Notes under the pieces: model-generated
Seen by the model: only the letters and a program-made list of their open reading frames with translations
Told to the model about the DNA's origin: nothing
The model's database searches: none
Shown here: in pieces, positions 13,034 to 26,758 of the stretch
How positions within the stretch are numbered: position 1 is the stretch's first letter
Layout: each line of letters begins with the position of its first letter
DNA from: Selaginella moellendorffii
Taxonomy: Eukaryota; Plantae; Lycopodiophyta
NCBI RefSeq assembly: GCF_000143415.4
Contig: NW_003314264.1
Coordinates: 210,693-264,182, forward strand
Length of the DNA stretch: 53,490 bases
Direction of reading: 5' to 3'
Translations under genes and position numbers: made by a program

Positions 13034-16000
13034 TTGTTGTGCATTTCTGAACAGGGGAGGAATTGCGTTCTTCTTCCAGCCACTGTCAATGTGGATGCAG
13101 AGAAGGGGGAGGAGCTCACTAGTTGGACTTTCGGGATGGAAGGCGAGGATCTGAGGCTGTACAACACAGATGGTGGGAGAAAAGAATGCATGGGGATCCT
13201 CATCCAAGTGACAGACACTCCATGCAGTTCCATGCAAGAATATGGACTGGCACTTGTGGTAGAGACAACGTCCGCCTTCAAGATCCACCTTGCACATCCT
13301 AGCGGCTTCCCGGAGGGGGGCAGCGGCTATGAGGAATTCCTAGAGGGAGCTAGGGAGAGGTTGTCCAGGAGGCCCACAATTTCAAAGACACTGCGGGTCT
13401 ATGAAGATCACATGGAATCCACGGACGTCAGCTACGGCGATGTTCAAAAACTATATTCCAAAATTGAGCCGTTGAGAGTGACTCCAGTTCGCGAAGCGAA
13501 GGGGAAGGGGGTTGATCTGGAAACTACCCCGAAGCAGAAAAGGGTGGTCAAGCTCAAGCCGACATCCGACTCTCCTGCTCCAAAAAATAAGCTACTCAGT
13601 GATGCCATTGCCTCAGGTTCGAACACTACACCCACCAAAAAGAAGAGCCGCAAAGAGCAGAAAGAGCAAGAAGAGGTAGCAAAAATTGTCGCAGATAATA
13701 GTACTTGTTACTATTCCAACAAAGTATATACAATCGACGTGAGCTGTATCGACATCCAAAGCAAATACAACCACAGGCTAGTATCTGATGAGTGGGTGGA
13801 GAAACTGAAGCAGAAGATGCTGGCAAGTCCAGTAACACCCAACATCGCAGACTTGATCCCCTACTACCGAACAATGAAGGGCGAGATGAGGTTTCCAGAC
13901 TTGATCAATAGGAAGGTGTTGGACGATCAGAACATCCGGTTCTATGCCATCTCCGGGCAGCATTCTAGCTTGGTGATGCACGAGATAGTTGTGGATATTA
14001 TGGTGGGCAAGGAGGTGAAGAAAGTCTTCAAGACAAGAGTTGTCCGCTTGATAAAAGGCAACTCGCCCCTCCGATCTATCATATACATCTCCCACGCGCA
14101 GAATGTCAAGCAAGAAACGTGCTACAAATCGGGTCTGCACGAGACATTGGCACGAACACGGAAGCTCTGGGTTCAACTGAAGAAACCACAAAAACCAGGA
14201 CAAGGACGTGCACTAGCAACTAGCGCCTGGCAGGTAAGCCTCGTTGCATGTGGCATAGCATGTGGCCTCACGCCATTTCCATTGTAGGAATTCTCGAGTC
14301 TTCTCTCGAAAACACTGGGGGTCAATGACACACTCAGCATCCATAACATTCTACTCGTGACAAAAGTTGTTTTTGACAAATGGGTAGATGTGCTGAGGAG
14401 GTACCATGACGGGGAGTTGCTAAACTCAATGGGTGTGGAGGACGGCCGGAAGCCCAATGATTTGAAGCTCAATGCCTTGCATTTCTCGCGGTCTCTAGAC
14501 GACGACGACCTTCTGACAGTGGCTAATGCTCTTCTATGTGGTGAGGTAGTCTTCAACAAGACCAAAATGACTCCCGGCCATATTGTGACATACGAGGACT
14601 TGTGTACGACTCTGAGAGCTCGTGCGCTATTGAAGGATTGGATCTTCGAGCAAGTGGCCGTGGAGAGGGTGAGCATCGACACCACGCAAGAGATGATGGA
14701 AGAGCTGGAGTTGTCAAATGAAGACATTGACGAGTACGTGAAGGGGGCCCCCAAGTTCATCGATCTGCTGCGGGATGCCACGAAAAGTAAAGCTGAGAAG
14801 TTGGATTAGTATCCAAATTTCATTAAGAGGGATGTCGACCGCCGGCTTCAGAAACAGCTCGACCCCACAGCAGAGGCCTATCGAGAACGTTACCGGGTAT
14901 ACGTGAATTCGGATGAGGATCAAAGGTGGAGGAGCATCGTTTCCCATGGAGATGAGCAGGTCAAGAACATCTTTTGTGTGATGGACTTCACAAACGAGGA
15001 GATCACTCATGAAGACGAAGTCAGCTCCATCATTGACTTAATGGTGGGACTTGCGGAGGTGGAATCTTCTGTCCACTATATGATCTATGACGAATGTCCG
15101 CATCTTCACACTCGCCCTTGTTAATGGTCCTGCAGCAGAGTGGGACTGGAGTGACTTCCCAGCTTCGTTCGACAAGGCCGATCGAATTGATCTGAGGGAG
15201 GTCAATTTACCCGTGCCTGAGGAACTGAAGACGGCTATGGAGCTTTCGAATCCAGAGAAAGATCCAGGTGCAGCATGGGAAATGCTCAGCTGGGTCTTCA
15301 ACGCAATAGCGGGTGGGTCACTTGCTTCCAACTCCAATGGCAAATGTGTTGTGGAGTACAACTGCGGCGGACTATTCTTTCGAGCCGCACTACTCAAGGG
15401 TGTCCCGTGTGTTGCGGTGACAAACTCCATTGAAGAGGTGACTTCAATGGAGCATATAATTACAGTTGCCAAAGAAAAACAGTATCTTCTCTGCGAACCT
15501 GGTGAGTACGCACTTTAAGTTTAAATGTTATCTCACAAGCTCTGTATGCAGGAGCGTGGCCACCCCCAGATGCTGAAACGGCGTTAACAGCTACTGTTGA
15601 AGATAACCATGTTGGGCCGAGCTCACAACCTGCACAAGGTAAGGTCACGTGAGGCCTCACGCCATTTTGATTATAGATCGTTGCGAATATTCAGACACAA
15701 GGACTGAAAAGCGCACTGGTGGTGCATCGAAGAAGGACAAACAGACAAGCAATAGGAAAAAAGGAGGTACAAATTATATTTGCAATGGCGTGTGGTCTCA
15801 TGCCATTCCTTGCAGGAGACACTTCTTCAAAGGCAAAATAGGCAAGCACCAGCCAAGCTCAAACTGACAGTGGTCATAAAAAGCGAAAGCACGTTGGACA
15901 GTCGTCGGGATTAGAGGCGTTTGATTCGAAAAGGAAGAAGGGCAACGAAAAGATGATAGGTAATGCCTCGCGGTTATGGCGTGTGTGCTCATGCCATTCA

Positions 16001-16073
16001 TTGCAGATCAAGGGCTGAGTGAAAGCAGCCAGTCACCACCTCCTGACTCAGATTCCTATGGCGGACTCCCCTT
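13034..16073 (+). pseudogene. Transposon cargo gene, 5' part: ParB/Srx-like domain plus degenerate beta-class MTase-like region; multi-exon
   Basis: ParB-like YNHRLVSDEWVEKLKQKM...FYAISGQHS; intron 14234-14287 joins the frames; in-frame TAG at 14807-14809; frameshift near 15080; EKDP...KCVVEYNCGG..FRAALLKGVPCVAV resembles the SAM-binding end of N6/N4 MTases. Further short introns from 15639, at 15767-15815 and at 15960-16006. True start not determined. Confidence 0.65.
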
Positions 16074-17249
16074 TGTAAACCACAAATTTTTCCTTTCCAA
16101 TTTGCCAGCTTATCTCGTCTATCCGACCAACTCTGCCTTGGCTTGTGCTAAGTTCCCTCGCCAAGGTTCCTGCCTATGGTACCAGCTCCTACTTGGTCCT
16201 ACTTGGTTTCAGCTACTCACTACACGAGCAATGGAGTGTTAGCCATCCATCTACGGATTCCCAAATCTCTCCTAATCCCCCTCCCCGGGTTAGACTGAAC
16301 TTAAGGTTCGGCTACACTCCCCGTAGGCACAAGCAGCCAAGCATACCAAGCCTCCAGATTCCTAACACCCCTTGGTACCACAAGACTTGATCATGGGACC
16401 CTCTAAATCCCAAGTCTTGGGTGCAGCACTTGCTTCGGGACGTCGGGGCGAAACACCGTGGCCTAATGGCCCGGTATGGGTACCTCTACCCCCCCCCCCC
16501 CCCCCCCAATTTCATTCCGAAGGGAAGGCCCAAGCCCCTAGGAAGGGGAGGACCAATGAGCCACAAGGTACTCAAGTGGGGCACCACTCCATATGAGCCG
16601 AGAGCACCGCAGTCGGTTTCCCTTTCGGGAATGGGAGCTGCTCTTGAGCACTTCCCTGGGTGGCCCCTCCGGCACCACTCAAGCCCATGCTCACTCCCAC
16701 CCAAGGCCCCTCGGCCCCAGTCTCAACCTCAAGTCAGTTTGGAAGCACCACTGGAGAGTTCCTTCAAGACTGGATTCTGGACCTCACTATCCCTACTATA
16801 CTTTTGGAACCCCCTGCAGCCCCCCCCCCCCTCCCCTGGGAGACGCACGCTTTGGGCTTTCACCCCTTGACCCGTATTAGTATTTGGACTTAGTCTCTAG
16901 CTCGATCTCGGACCCGATTTCGGATCCGACTTCGGATTTGGTCTCGGACTCGATCTCGAACTCGATCTCGGACCTGATCTCGGACCCGACCTCGGACTCG
17001 ACCTCGGACTCGGTCTCGGACCCGATTTCAGATCTGGGACTCCGTCTCGAACTCGGTCTCGAACTCGGACTCGAACTCGGTCCCCGAGTTGGTCTCGGAC
17101 TCGATTCCGGACTCTATCTCGAACTTGGTCCTAGAGTCGGTCTTGGACTCAATCTTCGACTTGGTCCCATCCGATGAACTCTTTGTCATTTTGGTCATGC
17201 ATTTGGGGTTCCTTTAGCCTACGACACCTCGGCGAGTTGGTTCCTTACA
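16074..17249 (-). repeat. 3' LTR of element A
   Basis: Matches 34874-35957; contains a hexamer-period array and C-runs. Confidence 0.95.
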
Positions 17250-17303
17250 ACTCCACCACCCATAGAAGAAGTTCGATGCCCACATCGAATGTCTCGTTTT
17301 ATC

Positions 17304-18834
17304 CTACGACTTGTTGACCATGTCTTCGGAGGCATCCCCCCACAATTCCTTCTCGTGGGCAGGCCACTTCCGTTGAGCCTTGTCCAGCTTCTTCGAGAAG
17401 AACGCTACCGGATGGTTGTCTTGCTTCAAAACCGCACCCAACGCAAAGTCCGAAGCATCCGTTTCTACCTCAAAGTCCTTACCAAAGTCTGGTAATGCCA
17501 ATACGAGAGCCTTCCTCAACTTCCCTTTGAGGTGGACGAATGCCGCCTCGCATTCCGCTGTCCACACCATCTTCTCTTTTCCTGTTTGGTCCGTTAAGGG
17601 CAGGGCTACTCTCGAATAGTGTCTGATAAACTTTCGATAGTAGTTGCATAGCCCCAGGAATGCCCTCAACTCATGTACGTTCGATGGTCGCTCCCATTCC
17701 TGGATCGCTTGGACCTTCTCCGGGTCCACCTTGAGCCCGTCCTGGCCCACCACATGCCCGAGAAACTTTACCTCTTGTTGAGCAAAGTCACATTTGCTCT
17801 CTTTAGCATACAGTTTGTGTTCCCTTAGTTTCTCAAACACCTTCGCCAAGTGTTCGGCATGGTCCTTTAGCGTCTCGCTATAGATCAGGATGTCGTCTAT
17901 ATAGACGACCACGAAGTGATCCAGATAGGGTACAAAGATGTGGTTCATTAGAGCCGAAAATGTTGCCGGTGCATTACATAGCCCGAAGGGCATCACCAGA
18001 AACTCAAAGCTCCCATACCTCGTTCGACAGGTTGTCTTCTCGACATCTTCCTCGGCTACCCTGATCTGGTAGTATCCTGACCTTAGGTCAATCCTCGAGA
18101 AGTATTTTGCCTTTCCCAACCTATCGAACAGGTCCTCAATCCTTGGCAAAGGGTACTTGTTCTTCTTTGTATACTTGTTGAGCAACCGGTAATCTATGCA
18201 CATGCGCATAGATCCATCTTTCTTTTTCACAAATAACACCGGCACCCCATATGGCAACTTGCTCAACCTAACATACCCTTTGTCCACCAACTCCTCTAGT
18301 TGGCACTTGAGCTCCTTGAGTTCTTTTTCGTTCAAACGATAAGGGGGACGAACCACTGCCTCAGCACCCTCGACCAGCTCAATCTTATGTTCTATCGGTC
18401 GTGCTGGGGGCAACCCCGCCGGTAGCTCCTCCGGCATGGTATCCTGGAATTGGTCCAACACCCGCTGGATCACTAAAGGTACTTCTTCCGTTCCTGTCTT
18501 TTTGTCACTCTTGACCGAGAGTAAGCACAAAAAGGCCGCCTTAGTTCCTTTAGTGAGTTGTCCTCTTGTGGAAACCAGGTTTAAGCAGGAATCTTTGGCC
18601 TTGCTTTGCCCTACCTTTAGATCTTGGGCCTCCACCTTAGATCTTCTTCCTTAGGCATTCGCCAGTACCACAAGGTTTTTACCTTGTCCATGCAGGGCTA
18701 CCACGAATCAATTGAACCAGTCCATTCCGAAGATCACGTCAAATCCCGCCATGTCCAATACGGTGAAATCCATATCCACCTTCCAAGTCCCCACTTTGAC
18801 TCTCGCTTGTCGAAGTACCTCATCGGTGCTTTGG
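17304..18834 (-). pseudogene. Element A pol fragment (protease end, RT, partial RNase H); integrase deleted
   Basis: [37 protein letters not shown]; near 17340 the sequence jumps from HEKEL straight into the 3' UTR seen at about 32843 in copy C. Confidence 0.92.
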
Positions 18835-21800
18835 TGTAGCACACGTGGTTTTGACCCTTTATCCTATGGTGATTTACCATAGGATAACACCACAAAGCGG
18901 AACCTAAACCCTCTTTGTGCCACGTGACAGATGCCACATGTCACATGCCACGTGTCCATGCCACGTGTCCATAGGAACTTGAGGTTCAGGGCCTTGGGCC
19001 ACTGAACGAAGGAACGGTGCCAAACTCCCAAGCGTGACGCCAAGGAGTGATGGAACCGAACCACGGAGCAACTCCCGAGCATACAGCCCAAGGAGCGAAG
19101 GGACAGGGGCCTGGAGCGACTTGGAACAGTCCTAGAGCAACTAGCATCCCAATGCTAGGACCAGCACGCAAAACGGAGCCAAACGGAGTCTGGCGCTATT
19201 TCGGCATACCGGTGGCCTAACGCGAGGACATGGGTACTCCACCAGCTAGCATGGAATGGAACTTGGGCTTAGACCCAAGCCGGACGCAGAACAAGGACAG
19301 GCACGCAAGCGGGAGCTAGACTATGCCTCAGGTTGGTCGGCCATGCCCGACCTACCCACTATCCCTACTATACATTTGGAACCCCCCATAGCCCCCCCCC
19401 CGCTTGAGGAACACATGCTTTGGGCTTTCACCCCAAGCCTCCCTTAGTATTAGGAGTTAGTCTCTGGGACAAACTCGAAACTTACTAAATATGGAATGTC
19501 CCTAGATTGTGAATTTGGACACGGGACGAACACCATTGTGTTCACAATGATCTCTACATTCCGTAGATATGCCAAATGAGCAAATCTAGACACTTTCCAT
19601 AAATAGCATCTGGGACAATTTGAGACTAACACAAAGGGCATGATAGCGAGGGTGTTTGGCAGACACGGTAAGCTATCATGTAGCGATATTGAGGGACCAA
19701 TCTCAATACGCGAGGGTTCTTGTCAAGCCAGTGCAAGACAGAGCAAAAGAGAACTAACAAGCCGGGCCGAGTATGCTCAGCTAAATAGACACTTAGGAAT
19801 TCCTTCCTTATGCTCATCCGGCCAAGTACAGATGCAAAGTCCAGTTTACTAACACTTGAACAAGAGGGGCTGATAAAGGGTCCAGCAATACCGACCTCCT
19901 ACCATCGTGGCAGTAAGGTAAGAGTGTCCGTAAGGACTGGTCGACAGGTAACTTTCGATACCCGAAGTCACATGCGCGACACTCTCCCCCCCCTAGGGAA
20001 GATCGACGTCCTAGTCGATGCATACTCCAGTCTAGAATACCGCCAAGGAAACAACTCCAGAAAAAGTTCACGGTACTCACACTATGTGAGAAATGCACCA
20101 ACTTAAATGAGTTAGGGGGCAACCTCTTTGTCTAACGCGGATGCGCTACCAGCTCAGACACCTTCCGGCCGTCGCCGACAAGGAAATGACCAACGGAGTC
20201 AGCCACCCCTGCTGCTCTGGGAGTCACCCAGCTTACAAAAGTGTGATATGCCCTGCCCGCAGGAACATAGAGAGAGAAGCCAGAGGCCCCTACCCTCCTA
20301 AGCAAAGAAACCAAACCCGTCGGTAAGGTTTAGATAGACTACTGTAAACAGGCAGTTAGAGTTGTTTACACGGTCACGCCCTTTCAACGGAATAAGGAAC
20401 ATCGATAAAGAGGCGGGTTATGTGACCAGTCGACAGTAGCTACCCCATGACTAGAGATTTCACCATGCACACGAAGTGCCGAAGCCAGTCTGCCCATTAC
20501 TGGCCCAAACTCAAAGATCAATAGATGGACAATATCAAAGTCATAGACAATGATATTTTAGAGATTTAATTATCAGGGAATAAAGCTTAGATTAGAACAC
20601 AAAAGTATTCCAAGTAAGTTATCATCCGATAAACTAGTATTACAGTATAGGAACCACCAAGATCACTATCATTGGAAAACATAGGATGCACCATCCAACA
20701 AAATTCAATAGCAAGTATATCATCAAGTAAACGCAATGATAAAACTTAACTACCGAAGATAGCAGACAGTAAGCCAACAACTTACGAGAGAGAACTCAAA
20801 GAACACAAAGTATCATTGACTAACAAGCACAATGCTCGCGAATGTATCACCCAAAGGAAATAACATCCAAATCTATCAAAACTAACTCGAGCAATAATCA
20901 ACAGAAGAGAATGAATGTGGGAAGACCAACAAACACTCATGCCTGCTAACTATCACAAAAGCCAATCTGAATAGATCCCAGCCAACAATACCAAGGAACT
21001 CAAGTTGCCTAAGCAAGTGTTAGCAACATCCTACTGATGTCTTAAACCCAAGAGACCAATCCAGAGCAAACCACAAAGAACATGTGGTATTGCAAAATGC
21101 CAAAAGCCATCAAAGAGAACAACCAACTATCATGAAAGATCGTCAATTAGCCCATCAATGTAGTGATGTATAATCATCGTTGAAGAAAGAATCTACCATC
21201 CCGAAGAATAGCAAATAATTCCAAACCAACAATAATCAAGCAAAACTTGTGATAAGGACAATCAACTACCCTAGATGATAGTCAATCATCACCAATGATT
21301 GCCAGATGCAAAAACTAACTTCAATCGAAGCTAATGAGCCAAAATGCCTTCCCCCAACAACTTCAAACAAATGGAACAATGAGCACAAAACTCAAGAACC
21401 AAAAGCTCGAAGAAGCCTATAACTAAGTCTTGCCTAATAATGATCACGAGTCTCATAGAAGCTAACTTCAATGCTAAAGAAGAAATCATGGTGCAACCCA
21501 CAATATCTTCCTCAACACATCCATAAGCTAAACTTCATAATGCCAAAGCTAATGAAGAGCATTTCCGCATCAATCCAAAAGCTAAGCATAACAAAGCTAT
21601 GCTTAACAAGTGATCATCAAACGATCCTCCATGAATCCATCTATAGCAAGACGTAACTCACTTCATAACAAGCTCAAAAAGAATCATTAATGATTGCTAT
21701 ATTCCGAACTCAAATCCAGCAAGGACTCAACATTCTAATATCGATCACTAACTCTTCTTCTCGTAGAGTTAGCATAGTCCACGACTAAATCACTTTTCAA

Positions 21801-24800
21801 GGAAAAGCTAAAGCTCAACCCTCTACTAAATAATCTCGTCTAGAACACAACTAACTCAACTTGCCACTCAGTTCGTTTGAACGTCAACACAGTTGCTAAC
21901 TAGCAAATGCACGAATGCCAACAACACAAAGCTATAGCCAAATCATCAACACTATATTCATCAAGACTAATGAAATTCAATATCAATCCTTGGAAGGATA
22001 TCTCATTTCACTCGAATCTCAATGTCAACAACATCAATGACAAGGCATCACTTTAATGCCATCAACATCAGGACAAAGCTAGAAGAAAGCAAGAGTGAAT
22101 CACCACTTGGAGCTTTCCAGCAACCAAGCTAACCAAAGTCAAAGATACTATACTTAGTATCGGAGACCAATCCTCTAACAATACTCAGTTACAGAGAACA
22201 CATCATCAAGGAGTGATTCACCACGTCCAAGACTCAATGAAATCCAACACTACGGACTAAATGTAACCAAATGATATCAATAGAGGTAAAGTCGACATGC
22301 CAACATGGAAAACCATGCAAGTCCAACAACACGATCCTCCGCAACACCATCCGGTCAAGCAAGCCCACCACTGCTAAATCATCATCGAGCAAAGCAAGTG
22401 TCAATGGTCTTTTTGACAAAGTCTACAAGTAATCACTAGTCGCAAATCAACTAACAATCGCCCTTCAACTTGCCTTCACAAGACCCGAACACTAACTCAT
22501 GTCATCGAGTTACATACTTGTCCAACATGAACATAATACCCCAGGTACGAGATAAAAGTTCATAGACAAGCACAAACTAAATGACCACTCGAATCCAACT
22601 CAACCGCAATAAGCTCACTAATGCATTTAGTCAATAGCTCTGAGCATGCCTTGAAGAGGCTAGCTATGTGATCAACACTTAGTCAAAACTAAAGTGAAGA
22701 CCATGAGATGGACTCATATCGGTACACAACCTCCTCATAGACAAAGCTATAGTACGGGTACCAACATCTCAACCTCAAACAACTAAGTTGGACATCACCA
22801 TCCTCAGCCAAGGTGCAGGGCCACCAAGACCAAGTCAAGATCAGTGAGAGCTCACTACTCTCATAGAGTCTAACGAAATGCAAGGTGCAAACTATCACCA
22901 AGCACAATGCTACAAAAGAAAGGCACAAGGGTCACCTTTCTTAGAAAAGCGCAACAGCCACTTTTCTACACCAACTCCAGACTCTATCCAACTCAATTGC
23001 TTTAGCCCCAAAAGTTAGCATCCCTTTCGGGCCACATCATACAAACTACCTACTAAGATCTAAGCCAACCGAAGTCAACTCCAACCCCTTCACTAGTTTG
23101 TACTGGCTTTCAAAAATGGAATGGTTTTCGAGCAAAGTGATCAATAGATCAGCCATTGGAAAAGTCTAAGAAAATTTGTGGAAAATTTTCCATTCTAGAG
23201 AAAGAATGACTCTCAATCCAGAATTGCAAACTTTCAAGACTCAACCAACTTCCTCCTACCAACAACTTCACATAGGTTCACTTCAACACCAATTCTCATG
23301 ACCCATAGTATGCTTAAGCCTCGAACATCTTTGCCCATCTAACCGATATCCAACACCGACATCCGCAAAGTGCTAAATGAATATCTAAAACTTGATCAAG
23401 AAGACCACATCTTCGGATATCCACATTGCACTAACACTCTTCTTCAATCACTTTCAAGATTCAATGTGAAGTCAAAACACTAACAAGAAAAATGACATGG
23501 AAAATCAAGCTCTAAGGAAAATTCCTCATCACTCGAATCAACAATGCCACTTCCACTAACACAAGTGCTAGCGATGTCAATGCATCAACCTCACACTTTC
23601 TCCATCCAATAATCTACTCCAAATGCTAACGGATCAATAGATGAGCTATAGCAAATGAATGCTACAACCCATTTCCAACACCTTATGGGCAAACCATCAA
23701 GGAAACAAGGTACCAACATAAGCTTAGCATAATGGACCACCATTGAGAATCCAGTCAAGGCTACTACAATGCTACTTCGTGCAAGTAGACTAGCTTCTCC
23801 ATCAACCACTTTGGGGTTGATCATCATTTAACCAAGCAACTTCGTAAACACATTGCTCATTATCACATGGATATGATATAAATCACAATGACTTGATCAT
23901 CAATTGAGTAACGCAATGAGCAAAGCTTATGTCATTACTTCAAATGTTTATGTGAGTATCAAATGCCAACTCGATTCGACAAAATGCAACATAAATGCCA
24001 CACTCCACCAATAGAGGTTTACGACACCAAATACCACCAACTTTTGTTCACAACACAGATAAGCTCATGCCACCCTCTTTCTGACCAAACTCAAAACTAA
24101 TCCAACACCAAGCTACTCAAGGAGCAATAGCAAGGTTCCCCGGAAAAGAATTTGAGCATTGCAACCCAAGTCTTCTAATAGCAAGCCTAGACAAAATGGA
24201 TTAGCGTTTCACTGCTATCCATCCCATAACTCATCATTGTAAGACCACCATCTCCAACATGCATCAAGATAGGGACTCTTGATTGCATAATGTGAATATG
24301 AGCAATGAGTCACACCTCGTTGCAAATCATCTCTCCAAGAAGAGAAGATGATTTACGTGTTTGATCCTTCGTCCCCGATGACTCTCTTTTCGGTCTCATC
24401 TTTGACCAAACCTCAAGCTTGCTTTCGCACTGCCTTTAGTTCAATCCAAGAAAAGTTTATGAGGGAGCACGGCAATGATTACTTGAACCAATAGACTATT
24501 CCCTACAGTCTTGATTGATCCACTTATAATCATGCCTAGGAAAGATCCACTAGTGCCACGCTAAACAGCTATGGACCAGCCTATTTGCCACTCATAGCAA
24601 ACCCAGGGAAAGTTGCTTTAACCTATGGTACAAGGAACAACTCATGGAACCACCGATAGGCTAACATTAATCCTGCCAACTCAAAGTGTAACCTTGAGTT
24701 GCTAATGTGCCTCACTCACGAGCCCAAGCGCAAACTCGTGCAACCGGAACAACTCAAATCCATCTTATGAGCCTAAGAGCAAGCTCACATACCTAAGGAA

Positions 24801-26076
24801 CGATTGCGAAGTCTTTGCACCAAAATGTGTACCCACTCGGATCATCGTTTTCATCTCTGCGTATGCAACGAGACTAGTTGCCCAATCTCATTGAATAGTA
24901 CTCGCTGAGACTCATCCTCTGATACCAAATGTAGCGCACGTGGTTTTGACCCTTTATCCTATGGTGATTTACCATAGGATAACACCACGAAGCGGAACCT
25001 AAACCCTCTTTGTGCCACGTGACAGATGCCACATGTCACATGCCACGTGTCCATGCCACGTGTCCATAGGAACTTGAGGTTCAGGGCCTTGGGCCACTGA
25101 ACGAAGGAACGGTGCCAAACTCCCAAGCGTGACGCCAAGGAGTGATGGAACCGAACCACGGAGCAACTCCCGAGCATACAGCCCAAGGAGCGAAGGGACA
25201 GGGGCCTGGAGCGACTTGGAACAGTCCTAGAGCAACTAGCATCCCAATGCTAGGACCAGCACGCAAAACAGAGCCAAACGGAGTCTGGCGCTATTTCGGC
25301 ATACCGGTGGCCTAACGCGAGGACATGGGTACTCCACCAGCTAGCATGGAATGGAACTTGGGCTTAGACCCAAGCCGGACGCAGAACAAGGACAGGCACG
25401 CAAGCGGGAGCTAGACTATGCCTCAGGTTGGTCGGCCATGCCCGACCTACCCACTATCCCTACTATACATTTGGAACCCCCCATAGCCCCCCCCCCCCTT
25501 GAGGAACACACGCTTTGGGCTTTCACCCCAAGCCTCCCTTAGTATTAGGAGTTAGTCTCTGGGACAAACTCGAAACTTACTAAATATGGAATGTCCCTAG
25601 ATTGTGAATTTGGACACGGGACGAACACCATTGTGTTCACAATGATCTCTACATTCCGTAGATATGCAAAATGAGCAAATCTAGACACTTTCCATAAATA
25701 GCATCTGGGACAATTTGAGACTAACACAAAGGGCATGATAGCGAGGGTGTTTGGCAGACACAGTAAGCTATCATGTAGCGATATTGAGGGACCAATCTCA
25801 ATACGCGAGGGTTCTTGTCAAGCCAGTGCAAGACAGAGCAAAAGAGAACTAACAAGCCGGGCCGAGTATGCTCAGCTAAATAGACACTTAGAAATTCCTT
25901 CCTTATGCTCATCCGGCCAAGTACAGATGCAAAGTCCAGTTTACTAACACTTGAACAAGAGGGGCTGATAAAGGGTCCAGCAATACCGACCTCCTACCAT
26001 CGTGGCAGTAAGGTAAGAGTGTCCGTAAGGACTGGTCGACAGGTAACTTTCGATACCCGAAGTCACATGCGCGACA
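18835..26076 (-). mobile_element. Non-autonomous LTR element B (LARD-like)
   Basis: Near-identical 1147-bp LTRs (18835-19981, 24930-26076); TSD TTTGG; PBS tggtatcagag at 24917-24927 (minus); PPT at 19982-19993 (minus); about 4.9 kb internal region with no long ORF. Confidence 0.93.
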
Positions 26077-26081
26077 TTTGG

Positions 26082-26758
26082 CTACCTTGAACAAACTCTA
26101 TAGTCCTTGGTTCGCCTAGCTGCTGCACCGTTAGTCCGGCTTGCCGGACTATGTCTGCAGCCACAAAATTATCCGAAGCACCCGTATCAATAAGTATTTT
26201 AACAAAGCTACCTCCGAGCTTCCCTCGGAGGGCTAGTAGATGTCGCGAACGACTCTCTACCAAAGTTGCTCGTGTAATGAGTAACTTTGAGTTAGGGACT
26301 GGATCACATACCTCAGTTTGGACTTCACCCGACTTGATGGCCATATTGGCTCTGGCCTTCTTTGGGGAGGGACATTCCCTCGAGAAGTGTCCCACTTCAC
26401 TGCAGTTGTAGCATACGTTGTTTCCCATGCTGCTATACGACTTGACCTTCTTATCCGTGGGTTTGTCTCTTTTCGCTTGACTCCCCAACGTACTCGCTCG
26501 CTGGGCACCGGATCTGCCTTTCCGGAACCCCGAGGACTCATTCTTAGAGAAACTCTTCTTGAATTTCCCTCTGCTAATTGTTCCCCTTGGTTTGGCCCCT
26601 TTGCTAAACGTGGATCCCAACCCCGTCATGTTCCCCTTTCGCAGGTTATCGTTGAAATGCACCTTGATGGCCGCATCCAACGCTTCCTTGTAGTTAGTCG
26701 GGTTCCACCGCATCACTTCACCGCGAGCCCAGGTTTGCATGCCCCATGTCCGTGACAA
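26082..26758 (-). pseudogene. Element A gag C-terminus (CCHC) and aspartic protease
   Basis: [15 protein letters not shown] and [11 protein letters not shown]; lies between insertions B and C. Confidence 0.9.

Noticed and set aside
16884-17177. Ser/Asp- and Arg/Asp-rich ORFs in A/C LTRs (also 26815-27129, 32987-33308, 35597-35906, 45621-45900)
   Set aside because: By-products of the stop-poor hexamer array; open on both strands and in several frames.
18864-20326. Short ORFs repeated in B LTRs
   Set aside because: They recur only because the LTRs are duplicated; disrupted in older copies and without domain signal.
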